DNA of 64,000 nucleotides from Phycisphaerae bacterium (GCA_963666835.2 CAXXGO010000006.1:2528001-2592000), one strand, 5' to 3'. Counted from the stretch's first letter, positions 27,001 to 37,394 are shown. The notes: generated by a model from the letters alone, not told the origin. Numbers and translations are program-made.

Positions 27001-28596
27001 ATGGTCGACATTAGAGATGACGGTAAACCGCTGAGTGAAGGGATGTGTCCCGAGGAGGGCAGCCGACCGAGCGAAGCCTCCACACCCGGCTGGCACGTTA
27101 TCGAGTGGGTCGATCTGGTGCCGGTGGCGCTTGTTCTGGGCGTATTGCTCGTCGTTATGATTCCGCGGTTGCCGCCCGGCGTCTGTCTGGGCGATTCCGG
27201 CGATCTGCAGTGCGCATCGGCGGTGCTCGGGATTGCCCATCCCCCCGGATACGGTGGGTACGTTTCTTTGGGATTCTTGGCCACTTGTCTGCCGGGTGTG
27301 GACCATGCCCGGGCGGTCACTCTGATGTGTGCCGCGGCTGGGGTGTTGGCGATCACGCTTCTGGTACTTCTGCAGATTCGGCTGGGAGTCAGCCCCTGGT
27401 TGGCGTCGGCAATCGGGCTGGCGCTTACCGTCTACCCGCGAGTGTGGGCCAATCTGACTGCCGCAGAGGTTTACGCGCCGACGTTAGCCCTGCTGGCCGC
27501 GAGCGCGTATCTGGTCACCAAGTACAGTTTCCGCGGCTGTCTCCGGAACCTGCTTCTGGCGGGGATCTGCCTGGGGTTCGCGGCCGGGAATCGTCCGCCG
27601 GTGGCTTTGATGTGGGTGGGATACTGTGTGGCGTTAGTGCCGGCTCAAAGGCGTTGGTTCGTCACGCGCCGGCGCGTTTGGCGAGACCTCGGGTTGGTTG
27701 TGGCTGCCGTGCTGGTGCCGATGTTCTATTCGTTTGCGTACCTTCTGGTGCGCGACCAGCCCGACACTCCAGTCAACTACATCGAACAATACAACTTGGA
27801 GGCCGAGGTCTTGCCTCCGGCGGATGGCGGTTTCTCGGCGAGGCTCGAGCGGGCGATCTGGCAGGCCACCGGCCGCCAATACCGCGAGTATCTCAGCAGC
27901 GGATCGGCGAATGTGTGGGCGCGGTTGCGCTACATCCGCAACGAGGTACTCCCGCATGCATGGGGCGGCTTGGCCTTTGCTCTGACGATAGTCGTTGTCG
28001 GGTTCTGCCTTGTCTTTCGCCGGTGCTCGGCATGTGGGTGGATCATAAGCGGGATCGTTCTTGGTGACGTTTTCTTTGTTTGTAGCTATCGCGTGTTCGG
28101 CGACGCTGCAGACATGTTGCCGATGATCTGGTCGATTGCGCTGGCCGCGGGGGTCGGGATGTCAACGCTTTGCCCGGTGCGGGTCCGCGGTGCTCGCCGG
28201 GCTTTGGCGATGGCGATCTTCCTAGGAGCCGCGGGGTTTACGGTGGTGGATGCTCCGCATCGCTGGCATGCTGGAAAGAGCGTCGACGCCACCGAGTTTC
28301 TCTCCGCGGTTGCTTTTAGGGAGCTTCCCGAGGGAAGCATCATTTGCTCGTCGTGGGGAACGTCACCGGCGCTGTGGTACGCGAAACACGTACTCGCGGA
28401 ACGGGACGATGTGCGGATTATCAACGCAAATCCGGCGAACTGGTTGAAACTTACCGCCGCGGCGCAAGAGGGACGCGGTTCAAAGCCCCGTCCGGTCTTT
28501 TTCACGAGTGAGATCACACTTCCACCCGACTGTCATTTGATCCCACATCGCGCGCTGTTTCAACTCATCGAATTGGACAAGAGCAACGGGCGCTGA
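27001..28596 (+). CDS. DUF2723-like multi-pass membrane protein (GT-C/TMEM260-like)
   Basis: GDSGDL...LGIAHPPGY, AEVY motifs; multiple TM helices. Confidence 0.8.
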   Translation: MVDIRDDGKPLSEGMCPEEGSRPSEASTPGWHVIEWVDLVPVALVLGVLLVVMIPRLPPGVCLGDSGDLQCASAVLGIAHPPGYGGYVSLGFLATCLPGVDHARAVTLMCAAAGVLAITLLVLLQIRLGVSPWLASAIGLALTVYPRVWANLTAAEVYAPTLALLAASAYLVTKYSFRGCLRNLLLAGICLGFAAGNRPPVALMWVGYCVALVPAQRRWFVTRRRVWRDLGLVVAAVLVPMFYSFAYLLVRDQPDTPVNYIEQYNLEAEVLPPADGGFSARLERAIWQATGRQYREYLSSGSANVWARLRYIRNEVLPHAWGGLAFALTIVVVGFCLVFRRCSACGWIISGIVLGDVFFVCSYRVFGDAADMLPMIWSIALAAGVGMSTLCPVRVRGARRALAMAIFLGAAGFTVVDAPHRWHAGKSVDATEFLSAVAFRELPEGSIICSSWGTSPALWYAKHVLAERDDVRIINANPANWLKLTAAAQEGRGSKPRPVFFTSEITLPPDCHLIPHRALFQLIELDKSNGR

Positions 28597-28647
28597 AATT
28601 GCTAATCGGGGTGATTTTCGATATTTCAAGTACGTGTCAGCTTGCAG

Positions 28648-28677
28648 GGCAGGTCTCGTGCCTCGACCGTGCCCTAT
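28648..28677 (-). repeat. Dispersed copy of the GTAG-type REP palindrome (same family as the 59761-61112 array)
   Basis: GGCAGGTCTCGTGCCTCGACCGTGCCCTAT matches the array repeat at 28/30 positions; a partial copy lies at 28836-28854. Both are between convergent genes. Confidence 0.85.
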
Positions 28678-28858
28678 GAAGGCTACCACGGGTCAACTTG
28701 TCGACCCGTGGAGCGTGCCAAGGCGCAGGCACCTACGGGCAAGCTGGGACGTTCAGGGCCTTATCATGAGATCGGGTCACGAACGGTACTTCGCTGCGCG
28801 AATCGGCTACGCTTGCCCGTGCCACCGACTACGAGAGGTCTCGTACCTCGACCGCCAG

Positions 28859-30529
28859 TCAATCGAATTCAACTATGACGGTCTTGGCGTGATCGGGATC
28901 TGCGGCGAAGTCTTGCGGCAGCCGCGGCGTCTCCGTCTTGATAATCCGTCGGCGACCGGATCCTTCCTTGACTAGCTCCCGCAGGCGTTTCGTTGGAAGC
29001 TGACGGTAGTTGGTTGAGACCATCATTGTGCCGCCGGGACGCAGCAGGGGGGTCGAGGCCGCGACCAGGGCAGGCAAGTCTCGAGCGATGGAGAAGGTGC
29101 GACTGCCTTTCCTGCCGTGGGCGAAGCTCGGAGGGTCGAGGATGATGATGTCAAAGCGTTTCCCTTGACGGGCGGCGCGTCTGAGGTAGTCGAAGGCGTC
29201 CGACTTGATGAACTGATGGTCGGACGGATCGAGATGGCTAAGGGCGAAGTTCGCGCGGCCCCACTCCAGAGCCTTCGGGGATAAGTCCACGCTCACCGTT
29301 GAAGCGGCTCCGCCCGCCGCGGCAGCCACCGAGAAGCCGCAGGTGTAGGCGAACAGGTTGAGTACGTCCTTTCCGCGGGCTTGGGCTCTTATGCGTCGTC
29401 GGTTGTCCCGCTGATCCAGAAACAGGCCCACCGAGAAACCCTCGTAGGGTCTGATGATAAACGGAATACCGTATTCGCGGATTCTGATCTCGGGCGGGGC
29501 CGGACTGCCGGCCAGCGGATGCGGGGAGTGCAATACCCGCTGAGTATCCTCGTCCACGTCCGTGCGGTTCTTTACGAAACGCTTGGCATAGACGGCTTTG
29601 ACGCCCAGTTTGTCTTTGTACCATTTGGCCACTGCCGAGAGCATGTCGCCGCGCGCGCCTCGGTCATCGCTGATCTGGAGGGTGACGACCTCGCCGAATC
29701 TCTCGGCGACTACTCCTTTGAGATCTTCCTTTCCGCCGGTAATCAGGCGATACGCGTCCGTATTTCCTGAAGCCAGCAGGGGCAGCCGCCGGATCAAAGC
29801 GGCGAGCAGAGGACGCTCCGTATCTTGCGCTCCGTTGGCCAAGTTGGAGAACGCTTCCGGTACGCGGCAGCGCACTGTGGTTCGCACGCCCGTGCCGGGG
29901 TTCTTGAAAGCTATCTTGCTGAGATGGAGACAAGTGGAGGAGGTCTCGTGTTTGCGGCGGGTTTCGTCGTGCAGATTGTCTCCCAGCAGCCGCAGTCGTA
30001 CGGCGCGGAGTTGCGCCCGAAGCGCGTGCGTACTAGCGACGACTGTCTGGCAGCGCACCACGGTGCGGGCCGAACCGCGGTGGATAGCGCTGACGGTCGT
30101 CTGGCGGTTAAGGGCATTTGTCCGTTCTTTCGGCGCCGGAGGTCTCTTCCCTGCCCCCTTGACCGAGCCCCGCCGGCCGCGGGAGGCCCCGTGCCCGGCG
30201 TCGATCACGAGGGTGGCACGTGACATCTTCCCGAGCACGACGGCCGTGAATTCCTGGGTTACCTCGTTGTTTCGAAGGGCGGTTCGAAGGGCCTGGGCGA
30301 TCGCGGGGTTTTTGCCCAGCAGCAGCACCCCCGATTCGTACCGGTTCAGGCGGTTCGCCGTGTGAAACGTCTCGCCTTGCCCCCGCAGCTCTGCGAGGTA
30401 CTCGGACAACCCCGGCGACGTTCGTCCTTCCGGCGTGGCGGAGTCTATCCCGGACGGCTTGGCTACCGCCAAAACGTCGTCGTCCTCGTAGAGGATCGGA
30501 ACCAGTTCTTTGATCGACGCATTTGTCAT
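28859..30529 (-). CDS. Fusion of an RluA-type pseudouridine synthase domain (catalytic Asp absent) and an RlmI/RlmK-type SAM-dependent rRNA methyltransferase
   Basis: ILYEDDDVLAVAKPSG, NRLNRYESG, LLGDNLH, LHLSKI; then GLFLDQRDNR, VLNLFAYTCGFS, SVDLS, IILDPPSF. Start at ATG 30529. Confidence 0.85.
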   Translation of the reverse strand: MTNASIKELVPILYEDDDVLAVAKPSGIDSATPEGRTSPGLSEYLAELRGQGETFHTANRLNRYESGVLLLGKNPAIAQALRTALRNNEVTQEFTAVVLGKMSRATLVIDAGHGASRGRRGSVKGAGKRPPAPKERTNALNRQTTVSAIHRGSARTVVRCQTVVASTHALRAQLRAVRLRLLGDNLHDETRRKHETSSTCLHLSKIAFKNPGTGVRTTVRCRVPEAFSNLANGAQDTERPLLAALIRRLPLLASGNTDAYRLITGGKEDLKGVVAERFGEVVTLQISDDRGARGDMLSAVAKWYKDKLGVKAVYAKRFVKNRTDVDEDTQRVLHSPHPLAGSPAPPEIRIREYGIPFIIRPYEGFSVGLFLDQRDNRRRIRAQARGKDVLNLFAYTCGFSVAAAAGGAASTVSVDLSPKALEWGRANFALSHLDPSDHQFIKSDAFDYLRRAARQGKRFDIIILDPPSFAHGRKGSRTFSIARDLPALVAASTPLLRPGGTMMVSTNYRQLPTKRLRELVKEGSGRRRIIKTETPRLPQDFAADPDHAKTVIVEFD

Positions 30530-30986
30530 TGCCGTATGTCCATCGGGCCGGTTGTCGGAGGCGCAGTTCTTGCCGCTGTCCAGGCTCTTCCACGTGCACA
30601 AGTTCCTCTCAGACGCCTTCTGGTTGCCGTGACCTCGCCCGGGGGAGAATGATAGACGCTCTGCCCCGATGCGCCGAGGCAAAACGGGAATCTTGTGGTC
30701 CGGTCTTATCGGAACCGCCGTAGAATCCGGATGGGCGGCGGGCCTATCGCGGTTCAGAAGGAACCGTAAGATCGAGGGTGGTCCGCGTATTCCTTGCCCG
30801 CCTAGCATTGATTGGGAGCGCCCGCATGGACCGGGTGGGACTGGTGTTCGCCCGGCGGGCGTGCGACCGCCGACGAGGTGTGCTAAGGTTGGAGGCAATC
30901 GGACGGGAGTTGCCGATGTACTTGCTGGACGTCCGAGTGGGTCGACGGTTGATGATGACCGTGCGGAAGGAGCACCGAGTCTTACC

Positions 30987-32114
30987 ATGGAATGGAACAA
31001 GCTGAGAGACGAGTTTCCGATCACCCGGAACTACAATTTCCTCAACCACGCGGCGGCCGCTCCGATCAGCCGGCGCGCGGCTGATGCCGCCCGCGAGTAT
31101 CTAGCCGAAGCCGAGGCGAATGCTGATGTGCGGGGGATGTTCTTCAAGAACGTCGAGAGAGTCCGCGCCCATGCGGCTCTGCTATTGAACGCCAACGCCG
31201 ACGAGGTGGCCTTCGTCAAGAACACCAGCGAGGGCCTGAGCTTCGTTGCCAACGGGCTGACCTGGCAGAGCGGCGACAACGTAGTTACGACGAACGTCGA
31301 GTTCCCCGCGAATGTCTACGTCTGGCAGGCCTTGCGTGCCCGGGGCGTCGAGGTGCGCATGGTCCTGGAGGAGGACGGGCGTATTCCTCTGGAACGCCTG
31401 ATGGAGGCTATCGACACGCGCACTCGCGTCGTTTCCATCTCCTCGGTGCAGTTTGCCAGCGGCTTTCGCACCGATCTTGCCACCCTGGGGGAATATTGCC
31501 AGAGCAAAGGCGTTTTCTTCTGCGTGGATGCGATTCAGTCCCTCGGGGCGTTTCCCGTCGACGTCAAGGCGATGAAGATCGATTTCCTCTCGGCAGATGG
31601 GCACAAGTGGCTCTGTGCTCCGGAAGGGGCCGGCGTGTTCTACGTCCGCAAGGAGATTCAGGGGTATCTTCAGCCGACCACGATCGGCTGGATGAGCATG
31701 AAGGACCCGTTCAATTTCAGCAAGTACCAGTTCGAGTTTGCCGATTCCGCCCGCCGGTACGAGTCGGGGAGCTACAACATGCCGGGCGTCTACGCGCTGG
31801 GTGGAGCGATCGAGTTGGTGATGGAGATCGGCATTGACAAGATCGCCCAACGGATCGGGGCGTTGACGGACCGAATGACTAACGGCCTGCGCGGGAAAGG
31901 CTATCGCGTGATAAGCTCTCGGGCCCCGACCGAAGCCAGCGGCATCGTAGCCTTTATCTCCGATGTGCATGACCACGAGCGCATCCGAGACCATCTGGAG
32001 GCCGAGCACCGTATCGTTGTCGCGGTTCGTAGTGGGCGCCTGCGGGCCAGCCCGTACGCGTACAACACCGAGGGTGAAATCGACCAACTCATCGATGCGC
32101 TACCGCGGCATTAG
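30987..32114 (+). CDS. Class V PLP-dependent aminotransferase-family enzyme
   Basis: FLNHAA, KNTSEG, VDAIQSLG, DGHKW (PLP Lys), RYESG; lacks the persulfide Cys motif of IscS/SufS. Confidence 0.88.
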   Translation: MEWNKLRDEFPITRNYNFLNHAAAAPISRRAADAAREYLAEAEANADVRGMFFKNVERVRAHAALLLNANADEVAFVKNTSEGLSFVANGLTWQSGDNVVTTNVEFPANVYVWQALRARGVEVRMVLEEDGRIPLERLMEAIDTRTRVVSISSVQFASGFRTDLATLGEYCQSKGVFFCVDAIQSLGAFPVDVKAMKIDFLSADGHKWLCAPEGAGVFYVRKEIQGYLQPTTIGWMSMKDPFNFSKYQFEFADSARRYESGSYNMPGVYALGGAIELVMEIGIDKIAQRIGALTDRMTNGLRGKGYRVISSRAPTEASGIVAFISDVHDHERIRDHLEAEHRIVVAVRSGRLRASPYAYNTEGEIDQLIDALPRH

Positions 32115-32295
32115 TGTTTTTTTGCACGTAGAGGTTCGGGTCCAGTCCACGTCGGGCTGTGGCCGATCTGACCGATACGGGTGATTGCGGCATGGTGGCG
32201 AATGCGCCGGCGGGCGGCAGGTACCGAAGTACTCCGCCGCCCGCCTGAATGCTCATCGCGATGTCGATACTCTATTGCGAAAACAGCCTCGCTCG

Positions 32296-33726
32296 TCAGA
32301 CCTTTCCGGCTTTCGCCCTGTTCAAGGCCTGGTCCAGGTCGGCGATCGTATCGTCGGCGTGTTCACCTCCGACGCACAGTCGCACGAGGTTCGGCGGTAC
32401 CTGGGCGAGCTTGCGACCTTCTTCGCCTTGCTGCTGGTGGGTAGAGATCGCCGGAATCGTCGCCACGCTCTTGATTCTTCCGAGGTCCGTCGCCCGCCAG
32501 ATGCGCTGGAGCCCGTCGAAGAACTTCCGCGTCATCTCAGGACCACCCTTCACGCAGAAGCCCATCAGGTGCCCGTATCGGTTGACCGGCTTGCCGTATT
32601 GATCGTCGTGCTCCGAGTCGACCAGCCACATGTATTTGCTGGCCAGGTCGTGCAGCGGGTGGTTGGGCAGGCCGAGGTACTCGACGCTTTCGACCTGCGG
32701 GTGCCCCTGCAGGAACTCGGCCACCTTCATCGTGTTGCGGCTCAGCATGTCCATCTTGGACCGCAGGGTCCGCATGTCATTCAACGTCATTACCGCCTGG
32801 AGAGGATGAAGGTTCGGGCCGTAGTCTCGGTTCGGCAGGTACTTGCTGTACAGCGCGAAGTCCTTTTTGAGATCCTCGTTGTCGATGTTGCTGGTCAGGT
32901 TGTTGCGGGAGGTTACCGCTCCGCACACCCCGAACCCGCTCGTGGTGAGGCTCTTCGTGGCGGACTGCACCACGATATCCGCTCCGTGGCAGATCGGGCG
33001 CAACAGCGCCGGCGTAGCCACCGTCGCGTCGCAAATCAGCGGGAGATTGTGGCTGTGGGCCAAATCCGCCACTGCGGCGAGGTCGAAGAACCCTTGCTGG
33101 GGATTGCTCGGCAACTCACCGTAGAGAAACCGGGTGTTCTCGTCGATCTTGGACGCCCACTCGTCGAGATTCGATGGATTCTGAATCCACCGACATTCGA
33201 TGTCGCGCTCTTCCATCAAACGAACGCTGAACTGCTGGAACGTTCCGCCGTAGCACTGCGCGGTGGCCAGGAAGTTGCGCGGCTCGTGAACGTGACGCTT
33301 CTTGTGTACGAGGAAGGGCTGGACGGCCGTCATGATCGCGGCCATTCCGGATGACGTGGAGCAACACGAGGTCTCACCGTCAAAGCCGTAACCCTCGAGA
33401 AGGGCTATGGTCCATTCGTAGTAATAGGTCGAGGGGTTTGCGATGCGGGAGTAGCACCACGTGGGGATCAGATACCCGAGCGCAGCCGCCATCTCGTCCG
33501 AGTCTCGATAGGCCTGCGAGGCACTCATGAAGATCGGCTCGATGATCGCCCCCTGGTAATCCTCAAGAGACTCCTCGACGGAATACAGACCATGCACGGA
33601 AATGGTGTCAAACTTCCATTTTTTTACCACTTCGCGAATGTACTTGCTGCGTTTGGCAAGATACTCGTTGTTACGGTCAATGTGCCGTTGCATTCCCGGG
33701 GTGATCTCGATTTCGTCGCCGTGCAT
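32296..33726 (-). CDS. Cys/Met metabolism PLP enzyme (O-acetylhomoserine aminocarboxypropyltransferase / sulfhydrylase-like)
   Basis: YSRIANPS, SSGMAAI, YGGT, PSNP, DATVATP, GADIVVQSATK, LVRLCVGGE. Confidence 0.88.
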   Translation of the reverse strand: MHGDEIEITPGMQRHIDRNNEYLAKRSKYIREVVKKWKFDTISVHGLYSVEESLEDYQGAIIEPIFMSASQAYRDSDEMAAALGYLIPTWCYSRIANPSTYYYEWTIALLEGYGFDGETSCCSTSSGMAAIMTAVQPFLVHKKRHVHEPRNFLATAQCYGGTFQQFSVRLMEERDIECRWIQNPSNLDEWASKIDENTRFLYGELPSNPQQGFFDLAAVADLAHSHNLPLICDATVATPALLRPICHGADIVVQSATKSLTTSGFGVCGAVTSRNNLTSNIDNEDLKKDFALYSKYLPNRDYGPNLHPLQAVMTLNDMRTLRSKMDMLSRNTMKVAEFLQGHPQVESVEYLGLPNHPLHDLASKYMWLVDSEHDDQYGKPVNRYGHLMGFCVKGGPEMTRKFFDGLQRIWRATDLGRIKSVATIPAISTHQQQGEEGRKLAQVPPNLVRLCVGGEHADDTIADLDQALNRAKAGKV

Positions 33727-33773
33727 TGCAGAACTCTCCCGATCGTGGATTACTCAATAACCGTCAAGGGGGC

Positions 33774-33802
33774 ATCATAGTGGCTCGCTGACCGCAAACC
33801 AA
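33774..33802 (-). promoter_or_regulatory. Putative sigma70 promoter of the Cys/Met PLP enzyme
   Basis: Minus strand TTGGTT-N17-TATGAT, about 50 nt upstream of the ATG. Confidence 0.45.
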
Positions 33803-34014
33803 GTTCCCCAGCCGGGGTAGATTCTCGTGTCCCACGCACGATGCGTACCGTACACAGGGGCAAGCGGCATAGAGCTTCCCCCCGGCAGGGTGTAGCTGGC
33901 AATCCTCGGGCCAGAACGGCAAGCTGCCGGGGATAGCCCCACGGGACGCCGCGGGGATACCCTGAGCCCGTCGAATCTGCCGCGTTGCCGGCTCTTTTCG
34001 GGGTGGGATCGGCC

Positions 34015-35412
34015 CTACAGGGCTTTGATCACCCGGGGGGCGCCTTCCTCGGACAGATCGACGATGTGCCCGGAGGCGGAGCCGTCGTTGGTCAGTTCCT
34101 CGACGACCGGTTGCGTGTGAAGGTCCGGGTTGGCCCGGAGAACCTGGGCGGTCCGGCCGTTGTCCAGCTCGACGCGGCTGCCGATGGGGAACAAGGACAC
34201 CGTATCCAGGAAACTACGCAGAAGCTTGCGATCGAACTTGTGGTCGGCGCCTTCCATGAGCATTGTCTTGACCGCCAGATAGGGCGAGAGCGGCTTACGG
34301 TAAGGGCGCGGGCGTGTACATGCTGCGAACGAGTCCGCCAGGGACACGATTTGGGCGTAGATATGTACCTGGGATCCGGAACGTCCTCGCGGATAGCCCG
34401 TTGCATCGAAGCGCTCGTGGGCCTGATAGCCTATGAAGCGGACGGAAGGTGGAATGTTGCGGCACCCCGCCAGCATGTCCAGCGTGTGCAACGGGTGGCG
34501 GTGGATCTCATGCCACTCCCGGGTGTTGAGCGAACGCGGAGCCAACCGAATAGACTCTGGGACCCGTAGCATGCCGATGTCCTGCAGCAAGCCGCCCAAC
34601 CCGATTTCCGCGACCACTTGGCGATGCAGCCCCAACTGAGAGGCCATTGCCATGCTCAATAGCGCGACGTTGACACAATGGTCGTAAAGGTACTCGTCCT
34701 TTGATTGCTGCAGCGACACGATGAACGGCAGTAGATCAAAGTCAATCGCCACCAGGTTCACGAAGTGATCGACGGTTCGCCGCAGCTCGGCGGTTGAGAT
34801 TTCCCGACCTGGGGTCAGCGCCTGGCAGATGTCGGCCACAGCCGTGCTGGCAACCGTGTGTTTCTCCAGACCGCGGGACGCTTCGTTCTTCAGAGCATCT
34901 ACCGAGAGCCGCGGGCGTCGCCACCGCTTGACCGGGCGGAAATGCACCGGGGTTTGCAACTCTCCGGCCATCCGCTCATCCAGTTGGCGGCTGGTGGGTG
35001 TGTGCAGGTCGTCCTCAGCGGGTTCCGGGAGAGTCTCCTCTGTTGGCTCAGGGACGTGGGCCGGGTGCGCCGGGCGAAGTCGTACCCGCGCGATTCGCCG
35101 ATCGTTCAGCAGTTGAAGGAACCGCGGGGTGATCTGCGATCCCGCGGCAAGAAGGAGTACCCCGGATTCGTCGCAAATGTCATCCGACAGGGTCATTCCC
35201 GCTCGGATCGAACGGAGGATCTCGGTGCGGAATTGGCTGACGGTGATCGACCGGTCGTTGGCGTCGGCGGCAGAGTCCGGTGCTGCTTGCGGGGGGTCGG
35301 TAGGGGGCGGGGCGGACGAGTCCTCTTCACCACTCGCCGGCGCGCCGACGAGTCCGCTCAACTCTCGGTCGAGCATGTCCTCCCATTTCGTCGGTGTCTG
35401 TCCCGTGCCCAT
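34015..35412 (-). CDS. HD-GYP domain protein (HD motif reads QD)
   Basis: YDHCVNV, GLLQDIGM, HP, HERFDATGYPRG, ADSF, RPYRK, FPIGS.V.L. Confidence 0.88.
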   Translation of the reverse strand: MGTGQTPTKWEDMLDRELSGLVGAPASGEEDSSAPPPTDPPQAAPDSAADANDRSITVSQFRTEILRSIRAGMTLSDDICDESGVLLLAAGSQITPRFLQLLNDRRIARVRLRPAHPAHVPEPTEETLPEPAEDDLHTPTSRQLDERMAGELQTPVHFRPVKRWRRPRLSVDALKNEASRGLEKHTVASTAVADICQALTPGREISTAELRRTVDHFVNLVAIDFDLLPFIVSLQQSKDEYLYDHCVNVALLSMAMASQLGLHRQVVAEIGLGGLLQDIGMLRVPESIRLAPRSLNTREWHEIHRHPLHTLDMLAGCRNIPPSVRFIGYQAHERFDATGYPRGRSGSQVHIYAQIVSLADSFAACTRPRPYRKPLSPYLAVKTMLMEGADHKFDRKLLRSFLDTVSLFPIGSRVELDNGRTAQVLRANPDLHTQPVVEELTNDGSASGHIVDLSEEGAPRVIKAL

Positions 35413-35717
35413 GAAATCTCCCTGTGCCACACCCGCCGAGGGGCGGCAGCGCGGTCCACGCACCCGCGCGAGGCTGCTCCGGGCTGCTTTCTGTCAGGCT
35501 CCGGAATCTGCGGACCCGCCGGGTATCGGTCGGCGGTGATACTCAGTCTCTTCGTTCATCGGCCGGTGGTATCCGACCTTTAGCCTCAAGCCCGGCTTGC
35601 CGGCGCAGTCCCATAATGTGGGGTGTGGTGGCGGGTGCCGGCATAAGCCTGCCCGGCTATTCGGACGGGAAGAACCCTGCAGCACGGGCGGGCGAAACCC
35701 GATGAGCCCGGACCTTC

Positions 35718-37394
35718 TTATGATCCGCTGCTACGGGCCGCACTGCGTTGCGGAGCTGCGGAGGCGTCTGTCGACGACGCGGCCGCTTCGTCTTCCAGCG
35801 GCTCCCAGAAGCCGAAGTTGTCTTGCTCGATCTTGCAGTATCCGTCGGTCTTGTAGTGGGCGTGCAAGTTGTAGCCCCAGCTTAGGTATTCCGAATCCCC
35901 GCCGCCCTGGGTGGTGATGAGGAACCGGTTGCTTAGTTCACCGAACCCGCGGGCCTGGTCGGCGGGGGACTTGGCGTCCCCGCGGTTGGCGTCCACCGGA
36001 ACCCAGCCGTAGTTGGGCAGGTATACCTGGGCCCAACGATGAAAAGCCTCGTCGATACTAGCGTCATCACCCCGAGCAACGATGCTGCCCTGATAACGCG
36101 CCGGCAGACCGGCCGCTCGACACAGCGCTACGAACGAGTATGTGTACTCGCTGCATGAACCGCTGCCGCGTTTGAGAACGACTTCCGGGATGTCCCATCC
36201 GCCGATCATCTCGTATTCGAGTGAGCCGATGACGTAATCGAAGATCTTGCGCGCTATCCAATACGGATTCCGTTCGTCCCCAACGATACGCTTCGCCAGG
36301 TCTTGCATGTACGGTGTGCTGATGCGGTAGCGTGTGCCGTCGGCCGTATACCGCTCGCGGATCGCGGCCGGGATGTCGTCCAGGGTCCCCGTTCGATCGG
36401 GCAGGATCAGGTATCTTATGGCCGAGATCTCAGCGTCGACCGCGGCGGTCAAGATGGCCTTGCTTCCCGCCGAAACCGGACCAAGGTCGAACGTCGCGCA
36501 CTGCTGCCCCCACCGGTCGTAACCAGTGTTCGTAGGGGAAGTGGAATAGGCGACGTCCGACAGCAACTTCTGGCCGGGCAACTCCATCGGCAAGGCCAGG
36601 TTCACCGAGAGTTCGGTAACGGTGCCGGGACCATAGTTGTTCAGCGCCCAGAGATACTCGACCCGAGCCCGCCGAGGCTCGCTGAGTTGGTACAGCGGCG
36701 GGCTTGCCACGGCGAGCCGATAAGCCGCGCGTTTCTGGAAATCGACATTCCACAGGTGGCCATGTTCGCACGCAATCCCCGTGGCATAAGGGCCCGGAGC
36801 TTTGAGTATACCGATAACCCGCCCCTCGTCCGGTTCGACCATGTAGATCTCGTCTTTTACCCGGTTACTTACCCATAGAAACGTCCCATCGAATGACAGA
36901 TGCCTGGCATTACGGTTGGGGGCGTCGAAGTACCCGAGAATCGTCCCGTCGTCCGGTAGTACGTGGTAGATTCTGTGGTCCGCCAGGATGTACAAAGTCC
37001 CCTCAGCGAAGGCCAACCCCGTGGCACGAGTGGTGGGGGCCTCGAAGGCGGTCTCTACGGTGCCGGTCGCGGGGTCGACCGCATAGACGTATCCGGTGTG
37101 GTCGTCACTCACGAAGATCCGACCCGCGCCCCAGGCCAGTCCCGTCGGCTTGAGCGTCGGAGCCGCGAACTTGCGAACGAGCTTGCCGTCAGTTGGGAGG
37201 ATCTCGAAGATGACCGCCTCGCGCCAATCGGCCACGAACAGGTGCTCTCCGTTCGATGCCAGACCCGCGGGGTACTTACACGGGATGGAGAACGACTTCT
37301 CGATGTCACCCGGAGCTGAAAATGTCACCGGCACGCCGGTCAGCAGGATCAACGACACCGCCAGGTACGGAATATGGCAAGGACTGATCTTCAT
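35718..37394 (-). CDS. Secreted transglutaminase-like protein with N-terminal beta-propeller
   Basis: Signal peptide; repeated P.GLA.. blades; triad GSCSEY / HRW / WVPVD. Confidence 0.85.
   Translation of the reverse strand: MKISPCHIPYLAVSLILLTGVPVTFSAPGDIEKSFSIPCKYPAGLASNGEHLFVADWREAVIFEILPTDGKLVRKFAAPTLKPTGLAWGAGRIFVSDDHTGYVYAVDPATGTVETAFEAPTTRATGLAFAEGTLYILADHRIYHVLPDDGTILGYFDAPNRNARHLSFDGTFLWVSNRVKDEIYMVEPDEGRVIGILKAPGPYATGIACEHGHLWNVDFQKRAAYRLAVASPPLYQLSEPRRARVEYLWALNNYGPGTVTELSVNLALPMELPGQKLLSDVAYSTSPTNTGYDRWGQQCATFDLGPVSAGSKAILTAAVDAEISAIRYLILPDRTGTLDDIPAAIRERYTADGTRYRISTPYMQDLAKRIVGDERNPYWIARKIFDYVIGSLEYEMIGGWDIPEVVLKRGSGSCSEYTYSFVALCRAAGLPARYQGSIVARGDDASIDEAFHRWAQVYLPNYGWVPVDANRGDAKSPADQARGFGELSNRFLITTQGGGDSEYLSWGYNLHAHYKTDGYCKIEQDNFGFWEPLEDEAAASSTDASAAPQRSAARSSGS

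Noticed and set aside
30530..31024. Long overlapping N-terminal extensions of ORFs 28859..31024 and 30669..32114
   Set aside because: Recognisable domains start at 30529 and 30987; the extensions are stop-free GC-rich intergenic sequence.
30987..32114. Cysteine desulfurase (iscS/sufS) call
   Set aside because: The C-terminal catalytic Cys motif is absent, so only the class V family call is supported.
32185..33354. Long antisense ORFs (also 42307..43404, 50581..51657, 58405..59532)
   Set aside because: They shadow well-supported genes on the opposite strand, as expected from high-GC codon bias, and show no motifs.
33727..34014. SAM riboswitch upstream of the Cys/Met PLP enzyme
   Set aside because: No SAM-I/II consensus is visible, and a promoter-like motif lies only about 50 nt from the start codon.
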